Source: Candidatus Woesearchaeota archaeon (lineage in GTDB: Archaea > Nanobdellota > Nanobdellia > Woesearchaeales > GW2011-AR9). Taken from it: DNA of 64,000 bases. A program made the translations under genes and the position numbers. The notes under the pieces are model-generated. The model worked only from the letters and a program-made list of their open reading frames with translations. It was not told the DNA's origin and did not search any database. Of this stretch, positions 29,791 to 38,729 are shown piece after piece. Positions within the stretch are counted from its first letter, which is position 1, and every line of letters begins with the position of its first letter. Where the stretch lies: assembly GCA_945861715.1 (NCBI GenBank), contig CAMAVK010000002.1:10440-74439 (forward strand), given 5' to 3'.

Positions 29791-32181
29791 TTATTTGTGT
29801 TCAATTACAAATACTTTGTATGTTGGGATTGGGGGAGTTGGTACATAGTATTGTTCATTGAGGACTTTTACTTCAAATGTGTGTTCTATTTCGTCTCGGC
29901 CGTCACTCACTTTCACACTTACCTGTTTGTTGCCAGGAGACTTGAATATTCTTTCTAGTCTGGTTGTTTGGTGGATGCGAGGATCTGTTAACCCTGTGTA
30001 CCAGGTATATTGAAGCCTTTGATCATTTAGGTCTTGATCTTGTGCTGACAATTCAAATCGAACTGGTTCGCCGAGTCTTGATGTTGTGGTACTCTGAATT
30101 GCGTGGGTGATGATTGGAATTTGATTGCTATTTTTTACTGTTATTTTCACAGGATGTATGGCTTCGATTTCTCCATCTGATGCGCCAAATCGCATGAAAA
30201 ATATGTTTGATTCCGTACTAAATCTTCTGATTGTGATGTTACTCATACTAGCTAGGTTGTTACGTACTGAATCAGTTTTATTTTCAACGATGTTAAAATC
30301 TGGGCGCCAGCTAAATGTGCCATCTCTAAATGATGCGCCTGGTGGAAGATCAACGATGCGTAATGTTACGTTATCTCCATCTGCGTCTGAAGCTGATACT
30401 TGAAAGCTTATTTCCTGACCTTCTAAGATTGTAAACTGATCTCCTGGAAGGATAAGCTTTGGTGCTTGGTCTAACTTTTCAATTGTTACATTGATTGGTT
30501 GTGTAGATTGGCTTTTTCCATCAGTTGCTGTAATGTATACAATTTTAGTTCCTTGCTCATTGAGATTCGGAGTCCATTGTTGTTTATTTACTGGGTCTGA
30601 ATAATAATAATGAATAATGTCTCCATCTGGGTCGAAGGCGGTTGGTTCAAATGTGATGGTTTGTGTTTCTTTGATTACAAAACTGGATGAGCTATTGATT
30701 GTTGGAGCTCTGTTTGTATTGTATATTTTAATTGGAACAGTTCCTCGTGAGCACCATCGTTTTCCGCAGGATTCTATTTGAATTTCGATAGTTTTTGATC
30801 TAATCAAGTATTGTTCTAGTCGGAGTGTATTTAGGATGTCACTTATGAACCCACCTCGGCGATGCAACTCATCATAATTTGGTGTCCAGGTAAGCGTTTT
30901 TGTGTTTTGGTCGTATGTGGCGCTTGGTGGAAGGTTGCTAAAATTGATTGATATGTTATCACCATCAGGGTCGAGGGTGTCTATTGTCCAGTACAATGTG
31001 TTTCCTTCGTTGACGTATAATGTCTGTGGAAGAGTAAGAATTGGTGCTCGGTCTACATCTCTTACCATAATTGCGATGTTTTTGGATGTTGTTAGTTCCG
31101 TGTCTGTTGCAGCTATTGTTACGTTATGATTACCAGCATCATCATAGGTTGTTTGCCATTCGCCAATGGAAGTAAATGGTGCGGAGAAGGTATAATTTAC
31201 TGTTTGATTGTCTTCGTCAACTTTGGGCAAATCCAATATTATTTTGTCCCCTTCTTCAACATCAATTGTTGAATATGATACCTGTGGTGCTCGATTCGTA
31301 TTTTTTATTGTTATGTTCCAGTTTTTTTCTGTTGAAATGAATCCGTCACTTGCGGTGAATTTTAATACATGTTGTCCCGCTTCATCATAACCCACATTAT
31401 ATGTGCCATTAGTTTTATCCGAAATACTAATGTTATCCCAAGTCCATAAAATAGTGAGTTTTTCTGGATGTTCATCGCTTAGGTTGATGTGAAAATTGAA
31501 TGGTATCCCTTCTGATGCGGTTATTTCGCTTTCGTTTGAAAATATATCTGTAATTGTCGGTGGTTGATTTGTATTTTCAATTTTAATGTTTATACGTACG
31601 GGAATTGTAAATTCTCCATCTGATACATTAAATGTGATGATTCTTTCTCCTGCATCGTTGTAGTTTGTTAGATAAATACCTTGCTTATTGAATGGTTGGG
31701 GGAAATGATAATCTAGTGTGTCTTCGTCCGGGTCTTCAATGATGGATTTTAGATCTATTGTTTGGGTTTCTTTGACTATTATTTTGTTTTCTATAACAAT
31801 GGGTGCTTGATTTTTATGATGTACAATGAGTAGGATGTCTTTGGTGGTATTTTCTTTTCCGTCGCTTGCGGTTATGGTGATGTTATAGTTTCCTTCATCA
31901 TCATAGGTTGTTTGCCATTCCCCTTTTGCATCGATTGGGTTTGAAAATGAGTACGTTATTTTATCGTGGTCAGCGTCGGTTGCTTCTGGGATGAGACGAA
32001 CAAAATCGGTTTCGTTTACTTCAAGCACTTTGGTGGCTGCAAATGCGGACTGCGTGTATAAGAGAATGGTGATTATTGAGAAAATGAGTAGGAAGGGTGT
32101 TATTGAGTGAGTTGTTGAATAGCTAGGTGAAGGAGTAGTTGAGTTTTTTTCATTTTTGGAGGATGTGTGTGATGGTTTCAT
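29791..32181 (-). CDS. large secreted/surface protein with at least 7 tandem Ig-like (PKD/cadherin-like) repeats
   Basis: N-terminal hydrophobic signal/anchor. It carries recurring repeat motifs of about 90-100 aa ending in xTA(S/T)DGxxxT (ITASDGKENTT, FNVSDGEF, FTASDGFIST, IAATDTELTT, ITATDGKSQST, FGASDGEIEA, VKVSDGRDEIE). Confidence 0.6.
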   Translation of the reverse strand: MKPSHTSSKNEKNSTTPSPSYSTTHSITPFLLIFSIITILLYTQSAFAATKVLEVNETDFVRLIPEATDADHDKITYSFSNPIDAKGEWQTTYDDEGNYNITITASDGKENTTKDILLIVHHKNQAPIVIENKIIVKETQTIDLKSIIEDPDEDTLDYHFPQPFNKQGIYLTNYNDAGERIITFNVSDGEFTIPVRINIKIENTNQPPTITDIFSNESEITASEGIPFNFHINLSDEHPEKLTILWTWDNISISDKTNGTYNVGYDEAGQHVLKFTASDGFISTEKNWNITIKNTNRAPQVSYSTIDVEEGDKIILDLPKVDEDNQTVNYTFSAPFTSIGEWQTTYDDAGNHNVTIAATDTELTTSKNIAIMVRDVDRAPILTLPQTLYVNEGNTLYWTIDTLDPDGDNISINFSNLPPSATYDQNTKTLTWTPNYDELHRRGGFISDILNTLRLEQYLIRSKTIEIQIESCGKRWCSRGTVPIKIYNTNRAPTINSSSSFVIKETQTITFEPTAFDPDGDIIHYYYSDPVNKQQWTPNLNEQGTKIVYITATDGKSQSTQPINVTIEKLDQAPKLILPGDQFTILEGQEISFQVSASDADGDNVTLRIVDLPPGASFRDGTFSWRPDFNIVENKTDSVRNNLASMSNITIRRFSTESNIFFMRFGASDGEIEAIHPVKITVKNSNQIPIITHAIQSTTTSRLGEPVRFELSAQDQDLNDQRLQYTWYTGLTDPRIHQTTRLERIFKSPGNKQVSVKVSDGRDEIEHTFEVKVLNEQYYVPTPPIPTYKVFVIEHK

Positions 32182-32290
32182 GTGTATCTCTTCATCAACT
32201 CCTCTTTTTGAACTATTTTAGTTTTGAGATTGAATAAAAAAAAATAAAAAAATACTTTTTTGTGTTCTTTTTATGTGAATTTTGGTCTAC

Positions 32291-33343
32291 TTACTTTGCA
32301 AGATTTACAGCGGTGATTTCTGGCGCTGCATTTTGGTCTTGAACGGTTAAGTCGATTTTTTTCGTCACTTTGTCTTTTCCATCATCTGCTACAATTGTAA
32401 TGGTGTACTGACCGTGATCAGTGAATTTAGTTTCCCAAATTCCATCGTCGCCTACTGGGTCGCTTATTGTTATTTTGACTTTGTCGTTATCTAAGTCAGA
32501 CACAGATAGTTTTAGATTTACTATGTCACCCTCTTTTATAATTAATTTTTCTGGTGCTCCTTCAATTGTTGGCTTAACGTTAACATCTAAGATTCTTAGA
32601 AGGAAATTTTTCTCAGTTTTTAGTTCACCATCTGTTGCAGTAACTTTGATTTTATAGTCTCCGGCACTGGTGTAGTCTGTTTTAAAAGTTCCTTTCTTTA
32701 GAGGGTCGCTTATTGTTACTGTGACTTGATCTTTATTTGGATCCGTTATTTTTGGTTCGAATTTAATGAGGTCACCTTCTTTTACCGTCATATCATCAAC
32801 ACCTTCAATTAAAGGAGCCTGATTAACGCGTTCAACAATGATTTTTAATTTGGTGGTGGTTGATAGTTTTCCATCATTTGCTATGATAGTTGAGGCGTAT
32901 TCGCCGGCATCACCGAAGTTTGTTTTCCATTCTCCATTTTTATCAAGCGGTTTGTTAAATGATAAGCTTACTTGATCGTTATCTGGATCGGTGTAGTTTA
33001 CTTTTAATTTTAGAAGATCGTTTTCTTTTACTTTTACTGTTGCTTCACTAATGGAATTTGATTGGTTATTTGTTTTTATACTTGTTACTACTGCACTTGT
33101 AGTGGTTGGTTTTGGGGTTTCTACGCTCAAATTTTGTGTGTTGTTTGAACTTTTTTGATCAGTTTTGTTTGCTATAGGTATTTGGGCTACCGTTGTGTTA
33201 TCATTGGTTGGTGTTGCCGTACTTTCATTTGTTAATTCTGTGCTGTTGGTTGGTACTTGTGGAACTGCACATGAAGCAACGAAAAGAATCATTACTAAAA
33301 GAGATAATGGGATTGCTATTTTTTTAATTTGTATCACACTCAT
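32291..33343 (-). CDS. secreted lipoprotein-like surface protein with 3-4 Ig-like repeats, paralogous to the upstream gene
   Basis: Signal peptide with a lipobox-like LFVASC. It has the repeat signatures IIANDGKLSTTTKLKIIV, VTATDGELKTEKNF and IVADDGKDKVTKKIDLTV, the same motif family as the upstream gene. Confidence 0.6.
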   Translation of the reverse strand: MSVIQIKKIAIPLSLLVMILFVASCAVPQVPTNSTELTNESTATPTNDNTTVAQIPIANKTDQKSSNNTQNLSVETPKPTTTSAVVTSIKTNNQSNSISEATVKVKENDLLKLKVNYTDPDNDQVSLSFNKPLDKNGEWKTNFGDAGEYASTIIANDGKLSTTTKLKIIVERVNQAPLIEGVDDMTVKEGDLIKFEPKITDPNKDQVTVTISDPLKKGTFKTDYTSAGDYKIKVTATDGELKTEKNFLLRILDVNVKPTIEGAPEKLIIKEGDIVNLKLSVSDLDNDKVKITISDPVGDDGIWETKFTDHGQYTITIVADDGKDKVTKKIDLTVQDQNAAPEITAVNLAK

Positions 33344-33539
33344 TTTTTACACCTCCAGGTGTTTTCAGTGTTTTTTGCTTGATTTGGTATTTAAAGATTT
33401 AGAGACATTAACATATAGAAAAGAGAACGTTTTTTGATATAATGTGACTACTCACTAGCCTTGAGAGGAGTGATATAGGGTTTTTTGCACATTATTTTTT
33501 CGTTTCTTGTGAACACTTATTTCTTATGAGTATTTTTAA

Positions 33540-33660
33540 GGGAAAATGGACCTGGCGAGAATTTCGGGATATCTTTCATGGAAGACATGTTGTCGAACTC
33601 GCTTCTCACCGCTGCCAGCGGTAAATAATAGCCGGTATACGACAGGCCCATTACTAAGGT
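33540..33660. ncRNA. candidate small structured ncRNA (GC-rich island in an AT-rich intergenic region)
   Basis: GCGAG...CTCGC enclosing stem, followed by a CCGCTG-CC-AGCGG hairpin. GC is clearly above the flanking DNA, and no ORF is supported. Confidence 0.25.
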
Positions 33661-33844
33661 TTAATGGGTGTTTCTTTAAAAAATTACCTTTTCTTTAGTG
33701 GTTAGTTCTTTTTGAGTGTGTATAATCTTTTATTTTTTGATTTAGTTTGATCTGGTGTTATTTTTTTGTCTATTTTACGCTCCTGCTGGATACTTCTTAC
33801 CCAAAGATTAATAATCCCTTTTGTCTTCTATCTGATAGGTTGGT

Positions 33845-34399
33845 TTGATTATGAAAGATGTCATTCGAAAGGAGATTATTTATGATTTAGGTCAAATACA
33901 ATCACTTTTAGCGACAGGGTCCGATCCGGAACAAATTCGGGTCTTAAGCGATCATACTATTTCTGATGTTGCGGCGTATAAAGACATGGATATGATTACA
34001 ATTACTGTTATGATTTATGCATTGTATAAAATTTATCCTTTTTCACTTTTGGAAGATAAGGAACAGGTTTTAAAACATGTCAGCGCGTCAAAGGTTGCAC
34101 TTACAAGTCGGAATTTGGTTGAGTATAATAAACAAATTAAAAGTTTGTATACTTTTATTCAATCAAAGAGTTCTTCGGTTAAGGATCATTTGGAGAGTGT
34201 TATGCAGGCGGCACGAGTGAAAAAGGGTACGGTTCTTTTAGGACATGGGCTTACTATTGGGCAGGCGGCTGGGCTTATGGGGCTAACAAATTGGGATTTA
34301 CAGGAGTATGCAAGTAAGACGTCTGTATTTGAGCCAACCAGAGAGACTATGTTGACATCTAAAAGATTGAAAGTTGCGTATACACTTTTTAATTTGTAA
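33845..34399 (+). CDS. hypothetical protein (184 aa)
   Basis: ORF only, forming a two-gene cassette with the next ORF. Confidence 0.4.
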   Translation: MIMKDVIRKEIIYDLGQIQSLLATGSDPEQIRVLSDHTISDVAAYKDMDMITITVMIYALYKIYPFSLLEDKEQVLKHVSASKVALTSRNLVEYNKQIKSLYTFIQSKSSSVKDHLESVMQAARVKKGTVLLGHGLTIGQAAGLMGLTNWDLQEYASKTSVFEPTRETMLTSKRLKVAYTLFNL

Positions 34400-34426
34400 T
34401 TGATAAGCTAATGTGGAGGGTGATGG

Positions 34427-35131
34427 ATGACGGGAGCAATATTTTTTGATTCAGGTACTATTATTTCTCTTACTATCGCTCGTTTATCCTGGCTTTTGCC
34501 CCATTTGCATAAACATTTTAATGGTCCGTTTTATATTACTCCTGCAGTCTATAAGGAGTTAGTTGAGAGACCTTTAGAAATTAGACGTTTTGAATTTGAA
34601 GCATTGCAAGTTATGAAACTTGTTCGTGAGGGCACATTGCAAGTGTATACTAAAGTTCCTGTTCGTGAAGTTAAAGAATTGACTCGGTTGGTTAATACGA
34701 GCGTTATGCTTAATGGTAAAAATTTGGATCTTATGCAGGAGGGTGAGATGCAGTCTCTTGCATGTGTGCTTGAAAATCCGGGATCAGTTCTTGCTATGGA
34801 TGAGCGTACGCTTCGTTATCTTATTGAGGATGGTGAGCAACTGACAAACTTACTTCGAGAGAGATTTCAAAAAGAAGTAGTTCCAAATAAGGCGCAGCTG
34901 CAACAATGTGCAACTATTTTCAAAGGAGTAAATATTATTCGATCAACTGAAATTTTAGCGGTTGCTTTTAGTCTTGGTCTCCTTAAGGAGTATGTACCAC
35001 CACAAAAAGATGGTTCTACGGTTCTACTTGATGCAGTGTTATGGGCTGTGAAATATGGTGGTTGCGCCATCACCGCTCTTGAGATAGAGCAATTGAAGAA
35101 GGACGTTTTAGCTCGAAATGTAGGTAAATAA
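34427..35131 (+). CDS. hypothetical protein with a possible PIN-like nuclease fold
   Basis: Acidic residues sit in positions consistent with a PIN fold (IFFDSGTII, YITPAVYKEL, LMQEGEMQ, LAMDERTL). This is a weak assignment. Confidence 0.3.
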   Translation: MTGAIFFDSGTIISLTIARLSWLLPHLHKHFNGPFYITPAVYKELVERPLEIRRFEFEALQVMKLVREGTLQVYTKVPVREVKELTRLVNTSVMLNGKNLDLMQEGEMQSLACVLENPGSVLAMDERTLRYLIEDGEQLTNLLRERFQKEVVPNKAQLQQCATIFKGVNIIRSTEILAVAFSLGLLKEYVPPQKDGSTVLLDAVLWAVKYGGCAITALEIEQLKKDVLARNVGK

Positions 35132-35302
35132 GAACCATTTTTCGTTACTTTATGGTGCAAATATGCGCTGTTGTCAGATATTTTCTTTTTATATCTCTAT
35201 GTTCAGGCTTCTATTTTTATACCTCTATTTTTATATAGTGGCGGCTCCTTTTAGGATTTAGACCTATTAAGAATATAATTTGGTTTGTTACGTGATTATG
35301 TT

Positions 35303-35350
35303 ATAGTAAATCACAAAAATAAAGGAACTTTATGCTATGTGATTTACTAT
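35303..35350. promoter_or_regulatory. 12-13-bp perfect inverted repeat upstream of the YjeF-N gene
   Basis: TAGTAAATCACA-(22 nt)-TGTGATTTACTAT seen directly, about 30-60 nt upstream of the start codon. Confidence 0.35.
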
Positions 35351-35381
35351 TCTAGTAGGGCTCACAAATGTTCCATAATTA

Positions 35382-36047
35382 ATGAGCTCTACAATTATTG
35401 GAGAATGCACCATGATTACAAGTATAGAACTCAAGAAATTAGAGCGGGAAGCACATGCACACGGAGTTTTAGTTGAGCATTTGATGGAGAATGCTGCGAG
35501 CGCAGTAGTTCAAATTCTGGAAGAAAAGTTTGATTTACGTCATCATAAAATTATTATTTTTTGCGGTAAGGGGAACAATGGTGCGGATGGTTTTTGTATT
35601 GCACATCGATTACTACAATATTCACCTTTGGTTATTTTAGTCGGTGATAAAAATACATTAACTGAAGAAAGTGCGGCGTATTATGCCATGATTAAAAAAG
35701 AAGTTCCTATTATACAAATTCAAGCGCAAAGTGATTTAGAAAAAATTTCTTTGCAAAAACATTTGCATTATATTTTTATTGATGCTTTACTTGGAATGGG
35801 TGTGCATGGAGATGTTAGGGAGCCTCTTACGAGTGTAATTTCCTTTTATAATTCATATGGTGCAACTAGGGTATCCATTGATATTCCTTCTGGACTTGAC
35901 CCGGATACGGGGAAGGCATTAGGCGTTGTTTGCGAGTCTGATTTGGTGATCACGTATCATGATTTGAAACCAGGGTTAGCTTCACTAAATTCCAAAGTTG
36001 TTGTTATTGATATTGGATTGCCACAGAGGGCGCATTTAAAGAAATAA
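35382..36047 (+). CDS. NAD(P)H-hydrate epimerase (YjeF N-terminal domain protein)
   Basis: IIIFCGKGNNGADGFCIAHRL matches the YjeF-N GxGNNGGDG loop. The downstream DALLGMG and the fold size also fit. The start may be the Met at 35412. Confidence 0.75.
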   Translation: MSSTIIGECTMITSIELKKLEREAHAHGVLVEHLMENAASAVVQILEEKFDLRHHKIIIFCGKGNNGADGFCIAHRLLQYSPLVILVGDKNTLTEESAAYYAMIKKEVPIIQIQAQSDLEKISLQKHLHYIFIDALLGMGVHGDVREPLTSVISFYNSYGATRVSIDIPSGLDPDTGKALGVVCESDLVITYHDLKPGLASLNSKVVVIDIGLPQRAHLKK

Positions 36048-36065
36048 TTTTTTTAAAGCTGTGTG

Positions 36066-36111
36066 TTGTGATTGTATCTAAGTAGGTATTGTGATTGTAT
36101 CTAAGTAGGTA
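36066..36111. repeat. perfect 23-nt tandem direct repeat (2 copies)
   Basis: ttgtgattgtatctaagtaggta occurs twice in the convergent intergenic spacer between the YjeF-N and NUDIX genes. Confidence 0.85.
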
Positions 36112-36117
36112 TTGGAA

Positions 36118-36558
36118 TTATATATCTTGTTCTCTTAGAAATCTTTCTGCTTTGATTACAATGTTTTTGTCTTTTTGATATCGTAGTTGTTCGATTGTTT
36201 TTTCATAGGGTAGCCAACTAAGCGCTTTGTGTTCTGATGAGATAGAGCCATCAGTGCCATCTAATACCTCCGCTAAGAAATACGTGACTTCCTTGGATAT
36301 TTTTTCTTCGTTGTACACCATTGCGTACTTAATAGACATTTCAAAATCCGGTATGATTTTTATTTGTGTTAAATGGGTTTCTTCAGTGGCTTCGCGTAAA
36401 GCGGCTTGTTCTTTGCTTTCGCCTGACTCTACATGACCTTTGCAGAGACCCCAATATATTTTGCTTGATGGATAGAGAAGTAGGAGGTATTCTCTTTTAT
36501 TGTTCCTTGTTCTTGTGAGAATGAGTCCAGCTGATGTTTGACGAGAGGTGATGTTCAT
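36118..36558 (-). CDS. NUDIX hydrolase
   Basis: Nudix box GHVESGESKEQAALREATEETHL (Gx5Ex7REUxEExGU). Confidence 0.8.
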   Translation of the reverse strand: MNITSRQTSAGLILTRTRNNKREYLLLLYPSSKIYWGLCKGHVESGESKEQAALREATEETHLTQIKIIPDFEMSIKYAMVYNEEKISKEVTYFLAEVLDGTDGSISSEHKALSWLPYEKTIEQLRYQKDKNIVIKAERFLREQDI

Positions 36559-36617
36559 TGGGTGGTAATATGATTTATTTTTTTTAAACTACTGGGAGAT
36601 ATTTTCATTAAGTTGTG

Positions 36618-37691
36618 TTAGTAATCACCTAATGTTTTGTTGCCGGAAAAATGGACTAATGAGGTGTTACCTTCTTTGTTCACCACTTTTTCAAGGGTGA
36701 CGAATCTGGCTTCTGAAAGTTTTGTGATACGTCGTTGAAAACTTTTGTAGCTCATTTCTTGTCTATTTGGCAGTTCGATATAAGCTGAGTATACTTCGCC
36801 AATTTTTTTCCCATTTTGGGCTCTTACGGTCTGGAGGATGGTTTGTAATTCTTCATCGAGTCCTTCTTTTGGTTTGATGTGAAATTCATCGGCTTTTTTG
36901 ATGGCTTGGGCGGCGTGGACTAGGGTTATTTTTCTCGAACTTTTGTCTTCTGCCATTTGACCGGCTTCTTTCATGAGGTACAAACCAATACGTACATCGT
37001 GAAATTCGGTGCATTTTTCAACTATTTCTTTGAATGCTTCTTCTTCCCAGCAGTTTTCAATAAAGGCATAATCGCGCCTTTGTGTTAAGATGGCTTTTAT
37101 TTCTGCTTCGTTGTATTCTCTGAAATTTTGGAATTCGCAGTTAAGCCTGGAGCGTATTCTTTCGTCTAACTCGGTGTATGTATCTCGGTAGTTTGTAATA
37201 AGGATAATTGATTTTCGGTAGATGTCTTCTAAGATGGTGTAGAGAAAATCTGTGTCTTCTAATTTGTCGATTTCATCAAAGATGAAGACAACCGATTTTT
37301 TGTTGAGCTCTTTTGAGAAGATGTTGAATAGTTCTGACGTTTTTTTGGCGACAAGGAATTTATGTCCCATGTCTTCACATATCTTGGTGTAAATTTTGAA
37401 TGTGGTGTTTTCTTTCCAGCAGTTGATGTAAATGGAGGTTATTTCATCGGTTGTTTCTTCGAGTTCTCTTAGAACATGTTTACATGCGGTTGTTTTTCCT
37501 ACGCCGGGTGGGCCGCATACAAAGAGGTTTCGCCCGCTGTGACCTGCAAAAAGTGGTTTTATAACGGTGGCAAAGCGTTGTTGTTCGGTTTCTCTTGCAA
37601 ATAGAATTTTCGGTTGGAAGTCGTAGCTTAACCAGATGGTATCACGAAAGAGGCTTTCACCTGATCTGAGCATATCTTTGAAGAGGGACAT
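36618..37691 (-). CDS. cdc6: ORC1-type DNA replication protein (Orc1/Cdc6)
   Basis: AAA+ Walker A LFVCGPPGVGKTT, Walker B VVFIFDEID, and a C-terminal winged-helix region. Start placed at the internal Met (MSLFKD) so as not to overlap the upstream gene. The N-terminal 68 codons of the raw ORF are a low-complexity N/K/H-rich extension. Confidence 0.85.
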   Translation of the reverse strand: MSLFKDMLRSGESLFRDTIWLSYDFQPKILFARETEQQRFATVIKPLFAGHSGRNLFVCGPPGVGKTTACKHVLRELEETTDEITSIYINCWKENTTFKIYTKICEDMGHKFLVAKKTSELFNIFSKELNKKSVVFIFDEIDKLEDTDFLYTILEDIYRKSIILITNYRDTYTELDERIRSRLNCEFQNFREYNEAEIKAILTQRRDYAFIENCWEEEAFKEIVEKCTEFHDVRIGLYLMKEAGQMAEDKSSRKITLVHAAQAIKKADEFHIKPKEGLDEELQTILQTVRAQNGKKIGEVYSAYIELPNRQEMSYKSFQRRITKLSEARFVTLEKVVNKEGNTSLVHFSGNKTLGDY

Positions 37692-37779
37692 ACTTTTGGT
37701 TTTGGTTTTGGGCTTATTAATCTTATGGGGGTTTGGTGGATAGGATGTGTGGTTGTGGTTTATTTGCTTATTTTGTACC

Positions 37780-38637
37780 TTATGCTTGGTTTGATTCGCT
37801 GTACGCGATGAAGCGTTGTTTGTCTTTTTCTTTTGCCTTACATTGTGATAATGATACATGTGCCCAATAGTCAGGTTGTTTTCTATCCTTTTCAACGTAT
37901 CGTGTAATGTCTAATTTCCAGAATGAACCGGTTGGTTGATATACTGGGGTATTGTTGAGTGGTTTGGACCAGAAAATTCTATGAGGTGGCGCTTCTGTTA
38001 ATCTTGTAAGCGCGAAACAAAAGTTGTCAAGTCTTTCTTTTGAGTTGCCTGCCAAGGCTATGTAGGTTGGTGAATCTAAGAGGCTTAGGGTTTTTTCGGT
38101 TCTTGTGAAATCTGTTCTTGTCGGGTGTTCGATGTTTGAACCGAGGATACTATATCCTGGTGCTTCATCATCTTTTACAGAAGCTGGAAGATAGATTCCA
38201 CTATGAGTTCTGAAGTAATCATCTGGTATGGGGAATCTGCAGTCCAAGGTGTATCGGTAATTTTTTAGGAGTTTGTTGATGTCGTTTTGGTTATTTAGGT
38301 GTAATCCTGTTTGGTCTGGATGTTCAAATGTGACGTCGGCAGTTGTGATGGAGAGTTTTCCTGCGAGCCTTGCTGATGGATTTTCTGCACCTGTAATTAA
38401 TAAATCCATGATTTCTGCCATCGTTAGGGCTGAAGCATTTTTTGTTGTTAGTCGATATAATGGTGAACCAAATCCATTTGGGTAATAAGATGTTAATGAT
38501 TGTGTGTTAATGCCTTCTAGGTGGTTTAATTGTTTTAGTGGATCTGTGTTATCACTTTCATCTTGAATAGATTGTGTCCATCCGTGGAAAAGTGCTGGAT
38601 ACGTTGGTTCACTTGCGAATATATTTCGAATTGCCAT
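37780..38637 (-). CDS. hypothetical protein (285 aa)
   Basis: ORF upstream of and co-directional with cdc6. Confidence 0.45.
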   Translation of the reverse strand: MAIRNIFASEPTYPALFHGWTQSIQDESDNTDPLKQLNHLEGINTQSLTSYYPNGFGSPLYRLTTKNASALTMAEIMDLLITGAENPSARLAGKLSITTADVTFEHPDQTGLHLNNQNDINKLLKNYRYTLDCRFPIPDDYFRTHSGIYLPASVKDDEAPGYSILGSNIEHPTRTDFTRTEKTLSLLDSPTYIALAGNSKERLDNFCFALTRLTEAPPHRIFWSKPLNNTPVYQPTGSFWKLDITRYVEKDRKQPDYWAHVSLSQCKAKEKDKQRFIAYSESNQA

Positions 38638-38729
38638 TTTAATTTCCTCTCTTTGGTTTTATCTTGTCTTTTTTGTTACTGTTCAGTGATTTTGAAAGAT
38701 ATATAAACTGATGTAGTAATTTTGTATAC

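Noticed and set aside
29684-29804. First about 40 codons of the helicase ORF
   Set aside because: No helicase motifs and hydrophobic junk-like sequence that overlaps the stop of the upstream gene. Start placed at Met 29681 where the RecA2 domain begins.
36066-36111. Possible CRISPR array
   Set aside because: Only two 23-nt repeat copies with no spacers. No cas genes anywhere in the window.
36559-38729. Replication origin (ORB elements) next to orc1/cdc6
   Set aside because: The intergenic spacers flanking cdc6 are under 100 bp and I could not see repeated ORB-like inverted repeats. No origin is claimed.
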